Of a stretch of DNA of 64,000 nt, positions 37,640-48,446 are shown in pieces (the stretch's first letter is position 1; each line of letters starts with the position of its first letter). Both the position numbers and the translations under genes were made by a program. This stretch comes from an uncultured bacterium (GTDB lineage Bacteria > Acidobacteriota > HRBIN11 > JAKEFK01). Below the pieces are notes generated by a model that saw only the letters and a list, made by a program, of their open reading frames with translations, was not told where the DNA came from and did not search any database. The stretch spans positions 32,001-96,000 of the forward strand of contig CAVZQN010000007.1 of the NCBI GenBank assembly GCA_963777505.1, given 5' to 3'.

Positions 37640-38132
37640 ATGAAGAAAATGCTTGCTTTGCTTGGGATTTCTTTACTGATCGGCGGTTTATCATTTGCAG
37701 AGGATCAAAATCAATCACAAACCAATCCAAATGATGCAAACGAATTGAAACGCCATTCCGGAACAGTCCGAAAGGTCGACGCAAAAGAAAAGACAATCAC
37801 GTTACTGCTTGATCCTTCAACATACAGAGCAAAACAAAGCCGTCACTCAGGAAGTATCAGCCACTACTCAAACACAAACGGCAACAGCGGCCGATAAACT
37901 AAAAGTACTAAGGTTCACAGATAAAACGACGATTGCCGCAATCGAAACCGAGGAAACCCCGTTGACAACGAAGATCACTGATTTGGATTCGGACGATAGA
38001 ATTATTGTGTATGTCGATTCTGATGGATTGATTCACAAGATTGAAATGACAGTCGGACGAAGATTGACAATCGTTAGGAAGAACCGTCTAACCACAAAAT
38101 CGCAGGAGCAACAGGATCGGTGGGTGGACTAA
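37640..38132 (+). CDS. Exported OB-fold-like protein, paralog of 32859..33308 (frameshift near 37820; true end may be 38067)
   Basis: Signal peptide + SGTVRKVDAKEKTITL in one frame; LRFTDKTT..TDLDSDDRIIVYVDSDGLIHKIE in the next. Confidence 0.7.
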
Positions 38133-38731
38133 TATGCCACATCTGTGAAAAAAATTTCCAGCCATCATCCTCATGAATAAGTTGAGCAACTCCGGTGGCG
38201 CCTAATGCATTGCCCTTATCATCTGTAAATCCCCCAGCCGTTTCTATGTTCGTAGCAATGACTGCACGGTTTCCCTTTACTTCTATGCGCTTGATTACAA
38301 TCCCATCCATTGAAACATCGGGGATTAACTCATCATAGATACCAGAACTCTCTCCACGTTCATCAAGTTCTTTTAACCGACTGCTTGGAACGAACCGTCT
38401 GAGTTCTTGAGGGTTCGGATTGGCAAGCATTGTCACGTAACTTTGATAAAGCGACCTCAATTGAAGTTCATCGGATGCAGCATTGCGGGCTGGAGTTGAT
38501 GACTCCTGGGGTTGTTGTTTATCGCGACCAATGGAAAGAACTTCGTCGTAACTGAGGGACAACAAAATAGGCAGCGACAGCAAACATAGCGAATGTGAGA
38601 AGGAAGAAACCCAGGGTGATACAAGAACGAGCAGACTTTGCAGTGGCTAAGGATTTTCCTAACGGCTTTTCACAATAAGGACAATTCGCCGCTTGAACCT
38701 TAACCTCATTTCCACAATGTGAACAAAACAT
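38074..38731 (-). CDS. Zinc-ribbon + TM + NTF2-like extracytoplasmic protein (frameshift near 38530)
   Basis: MFCSHCG..NCPYC, TM helix, continuing in ORF 38074..38583 (EVKGNRAVI..HEDDGWK). Confidence 0.7.
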
Positions 38732-38738
38732 AATAGTC

Positions 38739-38790
38739 AGTGCTGAGTAATGAGTGCTGAGTATAACACTCATTACTAATTACTCGGCAC
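38739..38790. repeat. Inverted heptamer repeat cluster
   Basis: AGTGCTG AGTAATG AGTGCTG AGT ... ACTCATT ACTAATT ACTCGGCAC. Confidence 0.65.
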
Positions 38791-38800
38791 AAAGGCTCGA

Positions 38801-39865
38801 TTATCGGCTCATTCTGTCGGCTGCCATTTCAGTCCCTAAAATTCGCGAGCGGATCTTTTGAAATGCAATCTGACGTGATGTGGATGTATCATCCCCAAAA
38901 GGAGAAAAGCCACAATCGTCGGTTGTTCCGAGACGCTCTACAGGAATGTATTTTGCGGCTGTGAGAATTTGATCGCGAATCTCTTCCGGTGTCTCTACCC
39001 TTGAATTGATTGGGTCAGTGACCCCAACAAATATCATTTGATCCGGTTTTGAATATTTAGCAATGGCCTCCAGAACTCGAACTCTATCGTTTTCGCTTGC
39101 AAGCTGAATATAAAAATTTCCAGCAGTCAATTGAAAAAGATCCGGCAGTAATTGTAGATAATCAACATCTTCACTGTGCGTAGAATCCTGATCACCACCT
39201 GGACATGTATGCACACCAATTTTCTTCCGTTCTGAATCCGAAAAGCGACTCAGTACTTTGTTATTCAAGCTAATGAATTGCTTTAGCAATCCTTTACTTG
39301 GATCAAGCTTCACGGCAAGCCGCCCTTCGGTGAAATCAATCTGCACGCTATGCGCTCCTTTTTCCAGTGAAGTGCGAATATCCTTTTCATTTTCGTTCAA
39401 CAGATCTTCAAGGAATTGATCTTTTGGATAATCCTGAATCCCGTTTTGCGGATAAAGGAGTGACAAAGCTGATGCAGATATGACCGCTTGTTTAACAGGA
39501 ACATGCGCATATTTTTTTGCTGTTTCCAGATAACGGGAAGCGAACGTTTGATAACGAAACGGTCCTGACCCAAGTGTTGGTAATTGGCGTGAATGTCCGT
39601 CTCTGAAGAGGATTGTAACTCCGCCTGAAGCAAGATTTTTCAGTCCTGCGATAGGGTAGGACACAAAGCTGGGCTTGCTTTGTTCGCCATCTGTTATGAT
39701 CGGAGATCCGGTAGCTTCAAATTCTTCGATTGTGCTTCGTACTTCGGATTCAAAGATCGAGTCCATCTCTGCTTTGGTTAATTCGCCATGCGCAAATGTT
39801 CGCATAGCAGTGATTAATTCATCGCGGCGCGGGATGCTGCCGATTGGCTCACTAGGGACTAACAT
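38801..39865 (-). CDS. Cobalamin-independent methionine synthase II family protein (MetE C-terminal-like)
   Basis: IGSIPR, ITDGEQ, VQID, HTC, DCGF zinc ligands. Confidence 0.92.
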   Translation of the reverse strand: MLVPSEPIGSIPRRDELITAMRTFAHGELTKAEMDSIFESEVRSTIEEFEATGSPIITDGEQSKPSFVSYPIAGLKNLASGGVTILFRDGHSRQLPTLGSGPFRYQTFASRYLETAKKYAHVPVKQAVISASALSLLYPQNGIQDYPKDQFLEDLLNENEKDIRTSLEKGAHSVQIDFTEGRLAVKLDPSKGLLKQFISLNNKVLSRFSDSERKKIGVHTCPGGDQDSTHSEDVDYLQLLPDLFQLTAGNFYIQLASENDRVRVLEAIAKYSKPDQMIFVGVTDPINSRVETPEEIRDQILTAAKYIPVERLGTTDDCGFSPFGDDTSTSRQIAFQKIRSRILGTEMAADRMSR

Positions 39866-39990
39866 AGTTCACCTCCGAAGATCACTTTAATTTTATATTC
39901 AACAGCGTGAAAACTTCCAGCGGAGCTAACTAATAACAAAAGGAATGTTTAGCGCTTCTCCCGCCATGTAACGTGTGATTGCATAGTGTT

Positions 39991-40029
39991 CCTCCCCCTT
40001 AGATAAGGGGGAGGTTAGGAGGGGGTTGA
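39991..40029. repeat. CCTCCCCC/GGGGGAGG palindromic REP-like element
   Basis: CCTCCCCCTTAGATAAGGGGGAGGTTAGGAGGGGGTTG. Confidence 0.6.
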
Positions 40030-40058
40030 AAATAATTTCCAAACAGAAAAACTCTAAA

Positions 40059-41783
40059 TCATTGTTTCTGATAAACAATCTTGCCGCCAACAATCGTGTA
40101 GAGGACCTGGGTGTTCAGAATTTCTGGAGGTTTCAATTCCAACAGATTTGACGAAAGGACTGTAATATCGGCGAGCTTGCCAACACGAATCGATCCTTTG
40201 ATCTCATCTTCAAAATTTCCATAGGCGGTATTCAAAGTGTATGCACGAATTGCATCTTCAATTGAAATACGTTCATCCGGAAACCAGCCCGCTGCAGGTT
40301 CCCCCTTGATTGTCTGACGAGTAACAGAGGCATAGAGTCCAAGCATTGGATTAATCGGATACTCTGCAGCGGAAGTACCGGGCCAATCGGTTCCAAATGA
40401 TAAAACCGCACCGCTCTTTTGAATACTTTTGAATGCGTATGCTCCTTTGCATCGTTCTGTGCCGATCCGTTCCTCCATCCATCGCATGTCATCGCTCAGA
40501 TGAAAAGGTTGTACTTCTGCAACTACTTTGAGTTCACCAAGTCTTGGAAAATCGCGTGGAGACATGACTTGTGCGTGTACGAGACGAAATCTTCGATCCT
40601 TCGCGCCGTTGATTTTGTTCAGTTCATCCAGATAATTCAACAACAAATGATTTGCTTCATCCCCGATCGCATGCACGGTCAGTTGAAGGTTCGCTTTATC
40701 TGCATCTAACATGTATTTCAGAAATTTACCTTCAACAAAATTACCTTTGTCATCTACCATTAACGGACGCCATCGTCCGCGGTTGGAAGGATCGTGCGAA
40801 TAAGGCTCGAAAAATCGCGCAGTACTGTTGCCCATAATTCCATCAATATGCCCTTTTAATGAACCTAGCCGGATCCACTCATCACCTGAGCCAACTTTAA
40901 TATTCCTTTCAGAAAGCTCATGCCAGCGATCCAGACCATAACGAAAATGCACGCGCACTGTTAACTCACCTTTCTGATGCAACTCGCGATAAATTTCAAG
41001 CTGAACATCATCTGACATATCGCTGACATTCGTGACTCCATATTTCGCAATTTCCGCCAGCGCCTTTTTCGTTTGGTTCAAACGCCGTTCATGCGATTGT
41101 TCTTTCGGAATCACTGAATCAAATGTCTCGGGTACGCTCTTGCCTTTCATGATTCCGGTGAACTTATTTTTATCGTGGATGAATTCAATCCCTTCCTTTT
41201 TTGGATTCGATGGCTCGATTCCGGCTGCCTTTAGAGCAGTTGCGTTTGCAGCAAACTCCGAATCGTCAAACTTACGGATGAATATCGGATAGTTACGTGT
41301 AATTTCAGAAATCAACGATAGATCAGGCGTGAACGCTTCACGGCGCTTACCGCCGGCACTATCTTCCGTCCATTGATCATATGCACCCCAATATCCACCT
41401 GTGATCCATTCACCTTCTGGAAGAGAGGCAATCAACTCTTTTATTCGATTTACAAAATCGGCTTGAGTTGTGACTTTCATGATGTTGAATTCAAGAAACT
41501 TTGCGGCTGAAGCAAAATGAACGTGGTTATCGTTAAATCCAGGGACAACAAAAGCCTTTTGCAAATCGATCTTGCGCGTGCGTTCTCCTTGTCTTGCAAG
41601 AACGGCGCTGTTGGAACCAACTGCTACAATTTTGTCTTTAACAATTGCAACAGCTTCCGCTTTTGGATTTGCAGAATCGACAGTCCAGATCGTTCCGTTA
41701 TAAAGAATGAGATCGGCAGGTTCTTCCGATGCAGATAGAAATGCTGAGAGAAACAAAACGAAGATCGTGATCCAAAATTTCAT
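40059..41783 (-). CDS. Exported amidohydrolase 3 (YtcJ-like)
   Basis: PGFNDNHVH, HAIGD, RLVHAQ, GTDWP, GKLAD. Confidence 0.93.
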   Translation of the reverse strand: MKFWITIFVLFLSAFLSASEEPADLILYNGTIWTVDSANPKAEAVAIVKDKIVAVGSNSAVLARQGERTRKIDLQKAFVVPGFNDNHVHFASAAKFLEFNIMKVTTQADFVNRIKELIASLPEGEWITGGYWGAYDQWTEDSAGGKRREAFTPDLSLISEITRNYPIFIRKFDDSEFAANATALKAAGIEPSNPKKEGIEFIHDKNKFTGIMKGKSVPETFDSVIPKEQSHERRLNQTKKALAEIAKYGVTNVSDMSDDVQLEIYRELHQKGELTVRVHFRYGLDRWHELSERNIKVGSGDEWIRLGSLKGHIDGIMGNSTARFFEPYSHDPSNRGRWRPLMVDDKGNFVEGKFLKYMLDADKANLQLTVHAIGDEANHLLLNYLDELNKINGAKDRRFRLVHAQVMSPRDFPRLGELKVVAEVQPFHLSDDMRWMEERIGTERCKGAYAFKSIQKSGAVLSFGTDWPGTSAAEYPINPMLGLYASVTRQTIKGEPAAGWFPDERISIEDAIRAYTLNTAYGNFEDEIKGSIRVGKLADITVLSSNLLELKPPEILNTQVLYTIVGGKIVYQKQ

Positions 41784-42269
41784 TTGCAGGATTCCTTCGC
41801 ATTGAAAGGCTTTGTATCAGTTCAGTCCCTGATTATACGTCCGAATTGACGCAACTTACGGCCGTCATCTAATATAGCCAATAGCTTTTTGGTTTCAGGA
41901 TATTAAATGGAGGAAATAGGTTCTTCAGACCATTATTGATAACTGTATTTATCTTAGTCTCAGTGTCACTCCTCGTTTCATACGGTGCAACAAACGCAGG
42001 AACGGCTCCTTCCAATTACGGTTTTGATGTTTTCAATTTACCCTGATTCGGCAAAGGAAGGAGTCTTTCAGGCGAAACTTATTATTTCCCAACTTGCAAC
42101 CGGCAAAATTATCGCTGACCAATTAAATCCATTTTCTGAAGCCGAACAAGTCGTTCGAGCGGACAACACCTGCGTATTATTCAGTCTTGCTGCTTGCATT
42201 TAGATTGAAATGGGATTTTACTGACGCCAAAGTTTTTCGGTTAATCGTTTACTCAGACAAGGAGAATAG

Positions 42270-42794
42270 ATGCCTATCACTGCCTTCAACAGTTTCACCG
42301 ACGGCCTCGATCCAAATCGAAGAAGCCGCGAGCACTTTATAGCCAACATTAACTTTGATGATGACCGCCTCTGGGTTCCTTATGCTGATGGTGTGTGGTT
42401 CCAGCCCTGCTGCTTTAATGTCACGTCCGGGGGATTCAGTGTAGTTCTGAAAGGTCTCCCGGGTGCGATGCTAGGGACGCATTACCACGTTGGCACCGTA
42501 CGTGGATATACGATGCGTGGCTATTGGCGATACCTTGAGCATGACTGGGTAGCAAAACCGGGTACGTTTATCTACGAACCCGCGGGCGAGGCCCACACGC
42601 TGGTTATCACTGACGACTCACCTGAACCAGCGGTGATTCTTTTCATGGTTGAGGGCGGACTCATCTATTTGGACAAGGCAGTCAGCGGTGGCTTTGCTGC
42701 CTACGAGGATGGATTCACCGCTCTCGAGCTGAGTCGGAAGTACTATCGCGAGGCCGGTCTCGATGTGCGCCAGTTGGACCTGCTAATTCGCTAA
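42270..42794 (+). CDS. 2,4'-dihydroxyacetophenone dioxygenase-like cupin
   Basis: HYHVG..G.WRYLEHDW..YEPAGEAHTL. Confidence 0.88.
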   Translation: MPITAFNSFTDGLDPNRRSREHFIANINFDDDRLWVPYADGVWFQPCCFNVTSGGFSVVLKGLPGAMLGTHYHVGTVRGYTMRGYWRYLEHDWVAKPGTFIYEPAGEAHTLVITDDSPEPAVILFMVEGGLIYLDKAVSGGFAAYEDGFTALELSRKYYREAGLDVRQLDLLIR

Positions 42795-42880
42795 TTGTTT
42801 CAGGTAAATCTTTTCAAGTACGGTCAGTGCCGGCGTCATAGCATAAACTCTAATCCGTTAGAAGTTATTCTGGAGTAATT

Positions 42881-43506
42881 ATGACGATCAAGAGCAAGTT
42901 CAAAAGGCTGGCCCGCTGGTTTCTATGGGCGATTGCTATTCTGACAGTGACCGTCGGAGCATTGGTCATTTCTGACAGTCTGCATACAAAGACATGTCCG
43001 GATCCAGTTCTAAAAGGAAAGGTTGTACATATACCGGGTGAGCGCATGGAGTTCCTCAATTCCGGAAACGAAGCAGACGGTTATGTGATTTCGATGGATA
43101 CCGTACGAGAGCCTGACAAGCCAGGCTTTCAACTGCGCCGCGAAGCTGGTCATCTTCATCCGCATCAGGAAGAGCGCTTTGAGATTATCGAAGGCAGGCA
43201 CGTTTCCTGATCGGTGATCGGGAAGTAGTACTGGAAGCTGGTCAAGTTGGTGTGGTCACGCCCAATACAGTCCACAATTGGATGGCCCTTGATGGCCAGC
43301 CTGTCCGTGTAAAAGCGCAGTTCAACCCGGCACTGGACACCGGTGCATGGTTCCTAAATTTTCATGGTCATATCGAAAAAGGAGACACGAATCTTCTTCA
43401 GGCAGCCGTGATTTCGAGTGAGTTCGAAAAAGGCAGCCCACTGCCTGCCGATCCTGCGCCAGGGGTGTGGAAGGTATTGGTGAAGATCCTCGCTCCGATT
43501 GGTTGA
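42881..43506 (+). CDS. Cupin domain protein (frameshift near 43198; possibly truncated)
   Basis: HLHPHQEERFEIIEG continues in another frame as ARFLIGDREVVLEAGQ..PNTVHNW. Confidence 0.7.
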
Positions 43507-43543
43507 AGAGTGAAGACTCAGAGCGTTGACTGATTATTTCAGG

Positions 43544-44737
43544 TTACATCGCGTCGTGTGGGTGAATCCGTTCATACAAACGTGCGCTCATTTCTCTCGC
43601 TTCGGAAGAGATTACTTTTAGCGATTGTTTGTCGCCTGAAAAAACATCAACATATTCGCCATTTTTTTCAATCGCTTCACCCAGTTCAACCGATGTAAGG
43701 AAGACAGGGTCAAATTCAGATACGAACTCCAACAGCTTTTGCAGCTCTATTAATCCTCTCTTCTTGTGAACGCCGGTGTAATTAATTCGATGAGTATCAA
43801 TTACAACAGGGACTCCGGATTTTATTAGGTTTGGAACAAGGCCAGTAGCATGAGCCAAACTCTGCTTTTCTCTGCCATGACCCGGCTCGAACTTGACGGT
43901 GCGAGTCATACAAACAAGCCCTTCCTTAGACCGTTGTCCCATATAATGGGCACGTATCTTTTTTTGCGCGCCGGATCGCTTTAAACAATAGCCCGTTCCT
44001 TGGATGAAACGAATGCCGACTTCTCGCCATGCTCTTTCTGCTTCTTCTGTAAAAATGTAGTGCGGAGCAATCGTGGATTTTGGACTGAAACCGAACTGTC
44101 TTTCAAAAAATGCTGCCGATTCATAAAGATCCTTCAAGATGTCATCGGTTGAAATTGGTTCCCCTGCTTCCCAATCCATGTATTCCGAGTGATATCTCCA
44201 ATTCTGACCTTTGTATAAAGATGCGCCTCCATGATGGCCCGCTTGCAACAGGTCGCGAGAGCCTACAGAATTTTCTTTTAAATCGGAAAGAAAAGCATTT
44301 GTAGCAAGATGTCTTCGCCCATGATATTGCGGATAAAATACAGCTCGCCGAATTCCTTCATTATATTTATCGAAAATTTCCTTCGGTTCTGTTTCATCAA
44401 GGAACTGGTCGTAATATTTTGTAAATCCCGATGCTTCAATCGATTTAAAATCAGCGTTCGCTACAATGAAGTTTGCAGTCATGCATGGCGGGCGATTGTT
44501 TTTACCCTTAAAACGATCCAGAACTTCATAGAGATCTTCAAGATCGGAAGTTGTTTCAAATTCTTCATCAGCCCAGTCACTCGCTATTCCATACTGAGAG
44601 ACCATCGCTGCGCTTTGCTTTCTTTTCATCCCCCAATCGTCACTTTCAATGACGACAACTGGACTCGCACAACGCCAGTGCGACCAATACATAAGTTTTC
44701 TGTCAAGCTTTTTAAAGAAATGTCGAAACCGATCCAC
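43544..44737 (-). CDS. Polysaccharide deacetylase-like protein
   Basis: VVIESDDWG, TANFIVAN, PQYHGRRH, HRINY. Confidence 0.7.
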   Translation of the reverse strand: MDRFRHFFKKLDRKLMYWSHWRCASPVVVIESDDWGMKRKQSAAMVSQYGIASDWADEEFETTSDLEDLYEVLDRFKGKNNRPPCMTANFIVANADFKSIEASGFTKYYDQFLDETEPKEIFDKYNEGIRRAVFYPQYHGRRHLATNAFLSDLKENSVGSRDLLQAGHHGGASLYKGQNWRYHSEYMDWEAGEPISTDDILKDLYESAAFFERQFGFSPKSTIAPHYIFTEEAERAWREVGIRFIQGTGYCLKRSGAQKKIRAHYMGQRSKEGLVCMTRTVKFEPGHGREKQSLAHATGLVPNLIKSGVPVVIDTHRINYTGVHKKRGLIELQKLLEFVSEFDPVFLTSVELGEAIEKNGEYVDVFSGDKQSLKVISSEAREMSARLYERIHPHDAM

Positions 44738-44887
44738 GATTGTAACTACCCCCCGCCCAATGCCTAGAAATCTAAATAGAATCTTATATCATAAAGGGGA
44801 CGAATGGACATAATTTTTTAGAACATGCTTTAAGACATTCTTACCTTGCGGTCGAAACAACTGACTTAGATAAATCCAGGAGAGAAA

Positions 44888-46375
44888 ATGAAACGATCAC
44901 TCTGTTATGTCGTTCTATTCATACTCGGCGTGCATTTGCTTGCATTTGCGGAGTCTGAAGATCGCACACCTATATATAAGGAAGTAAAAAACCGGCACGA
45001 TGAAGCCGTTCAACGGTTACAGGCTTGGATTCGACAGCCATCCATTGCTGCCGAAAAGTTAGGCATGAATGAAGGGTGCGAGCTCATGATGAAAATGCTG
45101 CGAGAAGCGGGTTTTCAGAAAGTTGAACGGATCGAAACAGATGGTCAACCCGCCGTTTTTGGAACTCTGGATGCAGGAGCACCGCGTACAGTTGGAATTT
45201 ATTTTATGTATGACGTAAAACAGGTCGACCCTTCGGAATGGAGCTCGCCACCCTGGGATGCCGCCATCATTGATAAGCCAGACTTTGGAAAGATCGTTAT
45301 GGGTCGCGGCGCCGTAAATCAAAAGGGTCCTCAATCCGCATTGATTGCTGCGCTTCATGCATTCAAAAATGCAGGACACAAATTGCCTGTCAATCTTGTG
45401 CTGCTTGCAGAAGGTGAAGAAGAAATCGGATCACCGCATTTTCATCAAGTCATCAATAAACCACAGGTAACTGAAGCGTTAAAAAAATGTACGGGTGTAT
45501 TTATGCCCAGCGCTGAACAAGATCCTGATGGCTCACTGACAGTGTCGCTTGGAGCAAAAGGTATTGTTGAACTGGAACTTGTTGCGAGCGGAAAGAAATG
45601 GGGACGTGGTCCGGGAAAAGATGTTCATTCGAGTTTGCGCGCAATTCTGGATAGCCCTTCATATCATCTCGTTCAAGCGCTCTCAACACTGGTCACACCG
45701 GATGGCGATCCTGCAATCGAAGGTTTTGCAGATCGTGCATTGCCAGCTTCTGCAGAATATCAGGAGATGCTGGACGTTGCTTCGAAGACTATTGAAGAGG
45801 ATGTTTACAAAAAAATGCTTTCCGCAAATCAATGGGCCCGCGATCTGCCGTGGCGTAAGACTCTAGAACGCCTTTTGTTTACGCCAACTGTAAATATTGA
45901 AGGACTCGTTGCAGGTTATACAGGTCCAGGCGGCAAGACTGTATTGCCGCATCGCGCAGTTGCAAAACTCGATTTGCGTCTTGTGCCAGATATGACGTTT
46001 GATGGCGCTGTTGCTGCGCTCAAAGCTCATCTTGCAAAACGCGGTTTTGGCGATATCGAAGTCAATCCAAGCGGCGGATATGATCCAACACAAACCTCAT
46101 CCAAGGCTCCGTTGATTCAAGCACAACTTTCTGTGTACCGAAAAGCAGGATTAAAACCAATCCTTTGGCCGCGGAATGCTGGCTCGTATCCAGGATATGT
46201 ATTCACAAACAAACCGATTTCTTTACCCGCTGGCCATTTCGGACTCGGCCATGGAAGTGGAGCACATGCACCTGATGAATACTTTGTGATCGAATCTACG
46301 AATCCAAACTTTGGCGGCTACGATGATGCTGTGCGCTCGTTTGTTGATTACTTATTTGAATTGGCTGCAATTTAG
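44888..46375 (+). CDS. M20/M25/M40 family metallopeptidase, exported
   Basis: MYDVKQ, GRGAVNQKG, EGEEEIGS, AHAPDEY. Confidence 0.92.
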   Translation: MKRSLCYVVLFILGVHLLAFAESEDRTPIYKEVKNRHDEAVQRLQAWIRQPSIAAEKLGMNEGCELMMKMLREAGFQKVERIETDGQPAVFGTLDAGAPRTVGIYFMYDVKQVDPSEWSSPPWDAAIIDKPDFGKIVMGRGAVNQKGPQSALIAALHAFKNAGHKLPVNLVLLAEGEEEIGSPHFHQVINKPQVTEALKKCTGVFMPSAEQDPDGSLTVSLGAKGIVELELVASGKKWGRGPGKDVHSSLRAILDSPSYHLVQALSTLVTPDGDPAIEGFADRALPASAEYQEMLDVASKTIEEDVYKKMLSANQWARDLPWRKTLERLLFTPTVNIEGLVAGYTGPGGKTVLPHRAVAKLDLRLVPDMTFDGAVAALKAHLAKRGFGDIEVNPSGGYDPTQTSSKAPLIQAQLSVYRKAGLKPILWPRNAGSYPGYVFTNKPISLPAGHFGLGHGSGAHAPDEYFVIESTNPNFGGYDDAVRSFVDYLFELAAI

Positions 46376-46381
46376 GAAGTG

Positions 46382-47329
46382 TTAACGTTGTGATGAGCAT
46401 AAAGGGTTGATGCCTTTAATGCATGGAAGGATACCAGACAGAAGTATCGATCGTGCAACTTTGCCTTTTAGATGATTTTTTTCGATAGGCAAGCATAACC
46501 AATTCGATTGCTTTGGACTGCTCACGTCAGGCTGGTGCAGTCCCAATTTGGATATGCGATAAACTTCATATTCCCAAAGCTTCAATTGCTTATAAAGGTC
46601 AGACGGCTCATATCCGAGGCGCTTCATATGACTTTTCTTCACTTCAAGAATAATGTTTGGACGCACCGATTGGATAAAATGCTCCGCACCTGAAAGTACA
46701 GGAAGTTCATCTCCTTCAACATCTAACGTCATCAATGAAACAGGCAGCATAAGAGTATCCCTTTGTGAGTCAAGGGTTAAGCATTGTACTTCGATTACGG
46801 GGCTTTTAATGTCGGTATGTACATTAACAATGTGACCAATTCCTGAATTCTCATCCGGTGGGATTTCAAATAATCGTCTGCGGTTTTCTTTATCCAGCGC
46901 ATAGTCATACATCAATACATTCTTCTTGTTTCCATTTCCAAATAGGTCTTGCAATATCTGGAAATTATCCGGGAAAGGTTCGTATGCGTAGACATGACCT
47001 GCATCTTTGACAATATCTGAAAAACCGATCGTTTCTGTTCCAATATTCGCACCGACTTCCACAATGGAATCCCCAGGATTGCACAAGACGCGAGCAATCG
47101 AAATGATCCTCCAGTCGTTGTAGCCATGCATACAAAAGAGGTATCCATGGTATTCGCCGATTCGGCCTTTATATAACGACCCTGTTTGTGAAAAGCTTTC
47201 AAAAGAACGATTGTCCGTCCAAGCAAGTTCTATCGGAAAGATCCAATTCCGAATTTGTTGGGCGATGATGGGAGGAAGAAAACGACAAATCCGTTTTGCG
47301 AAGCTAAATCGCAGATCCTCGGTGGTCAT
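46382..47329 (-). CDS. FkbM family methyltransferase
   Basis: VEVGANIG, YEP, LDVEGDE..VL.GA. Confidence 0.9.
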   Translation of the reverse strand: MTTEDLRFSFAKRICRFLPPIIAQQIRNWIFPIELAWTDNRSFESFSQTGSLYKGRIGEYHGYLFCMHGYNDWRIISIARVLCNPGDSIVEVGANIGTETIGFSDIVKDAGHVYAYEPFPDNFQILQDLFGNGNKKNVLMYDYALDKENRRRLFEIPPDENSGIGHIVNVHTDIKSPVIEVQCLTLDSQRDTLMLPVSLMTLDVEGDELPVLSGAEHFIQSVRPNIILEVKKSHMKRLGYEPSDLYKQLKLWEYEVYRISKLGLHQPDVSSPKQSNWLCLPIEKNHLKGKVARSILLSGILPCIKGINPLCSSQR

Positions 47330-47464
47330 TTTTCACGACGATATACGCAAATTCTATCGATATTATTTTACCAATTCGGCTGCGAGCCTAATCCCACTTA
47401 AATATATACCCCTTTCGGGAATTGTTTACAGCATGCATAAACAACTTTCGATGATTAAAGGCTG

Positions 47465-48393
47465 TTATCTGCGGTGTCGGGTTTGAGTCTCCTTCTCATC
47501 TTCGGACTTTTGCTCTTCAATGAATATCGTATTGGAAGTGCCATCTTGAATTGATGGCACGCCACTTTGTTGATCCTGCGCCGGGGGAGTTGTTGAATCT
47601 TCCGCAGCCTCTTCTCCAATGAATATCGTATTGGAAGTGCCATCTTGAATTGATGGCACGCCACTTTGTTGATCCTGCGCCGGCGGAGTTGTTGAATCTT
47701 CTGCAGCCTCTTCTCCAATGAATATCGTATTGGAAGTGCCATCTTGAATTGGATGGCACGCCACTTTGTTGATCCTGCGCCGGCGGAGTTGTTGAACCTT
47801 CTGCAGCCTCTTCACCAATGAATATCGTATTGGAAGTGCCATCTTGAATTGGATGGCACGCCACTTTGTTGATCCTGCGCCGGCGGAGTTGTTGAATCTT
47901 CTGCAGCCTCTTCTCCAATGAATATCGTATTGGAAGTTCCATCTTGAATTGGAGGCACGCCACTTTGTTGGTCCTGCGCTGGCGGAGTTGTTGAACCTTC
48001 TGCAGCCTCTTCTCCAATGAATATCGTATTGGAAGTGCCATCTTGAATTGGAGGCACGCCACTTTGTTGGTCCTGCGCCGGCGGAGTTGTTGAACCTTCT
48101 GCAGCCTCTTCTCCAATGAATATCGTATTGGAAGTTCCATCTGCGATTGTTCCGGTAGAATTATTGTTGGCACCAGCCGATGATTGCGCAGTATTTTCGT
48201 TTGATGTAGCGCTTCGAGAGCTCGGATAGGTACGTTCGTTAAATAGAGGGTTTGCTTTCGGAGTTTCAAATTTGCTTTCCGATTCCGCGATTCCTCGCGA
48301 ACTTCGAGCTTTGTTCGAAACAGAAGATTCTGTTTTGCTGGATTCGTCCGCTCCAGTTATATTCGCTTGATTGTCCGCTTTTCTGATTTGCAT
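47465..48393 (-). CDS. Tandem-repeat protein (about 308 aa once two +1 indels are corrected) with 7 DGTSNTIFI motifs
   Basis: GGAGG RBS, MQIRKADNQ...; 33-aa unit IQDGTSNTIFIGEEAAE(G/D)STTPPAQDQQSGVP(P/S) across ORFs 47812..48393 and 47465..47842. Confidence 0.8.
47519..48145. repeat. Coding tandem repeat, 99-bp unit, about 6.3 copies
   Basis: AATGAATATCGTATTGGAAGT starts at 47519, 47618, 47717, 47817, 47917, 48016, 48115 (spacing 99,99,100,100,99,99). Confidence 0.97.
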
Positions 48394-48430
48394 CGCACCC
48401 TCCGTTACTTAGAAAGTCGATCCATGATTA

Positions 48431-48446
48431 TGCAATTCACATACCA
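48431..48446 (-). promoter_or_regulatory. Sigma54 (RpoN) -24/-12 promoter
   Basis: Minus strand TGGTATGTGAATTGCA (GG-N10-GC), 37 nt upstream of the ATG at 48393; palindrome GCAAC-N4-GTTGC at 48490-48503. Confidence 0.65.

Noticed and set aside
39866-40058. SAM or cobalamin riboswitch upstream of the MetE-like gene
   Set aside because: No recognisable conserved riboswitch core; only a palindromic repeat
41985-42203. Intact 72-aa gene
   Set aside because: It looks like part of a decayed exported-protein gene running into an attC-like sequence, with no good start context
47519-48145. CRISPR array
   Set aside because: The 99-bp units are near-identical throughout with no unique spacers, they encode a 33-aa repeat, and no cas genes are present
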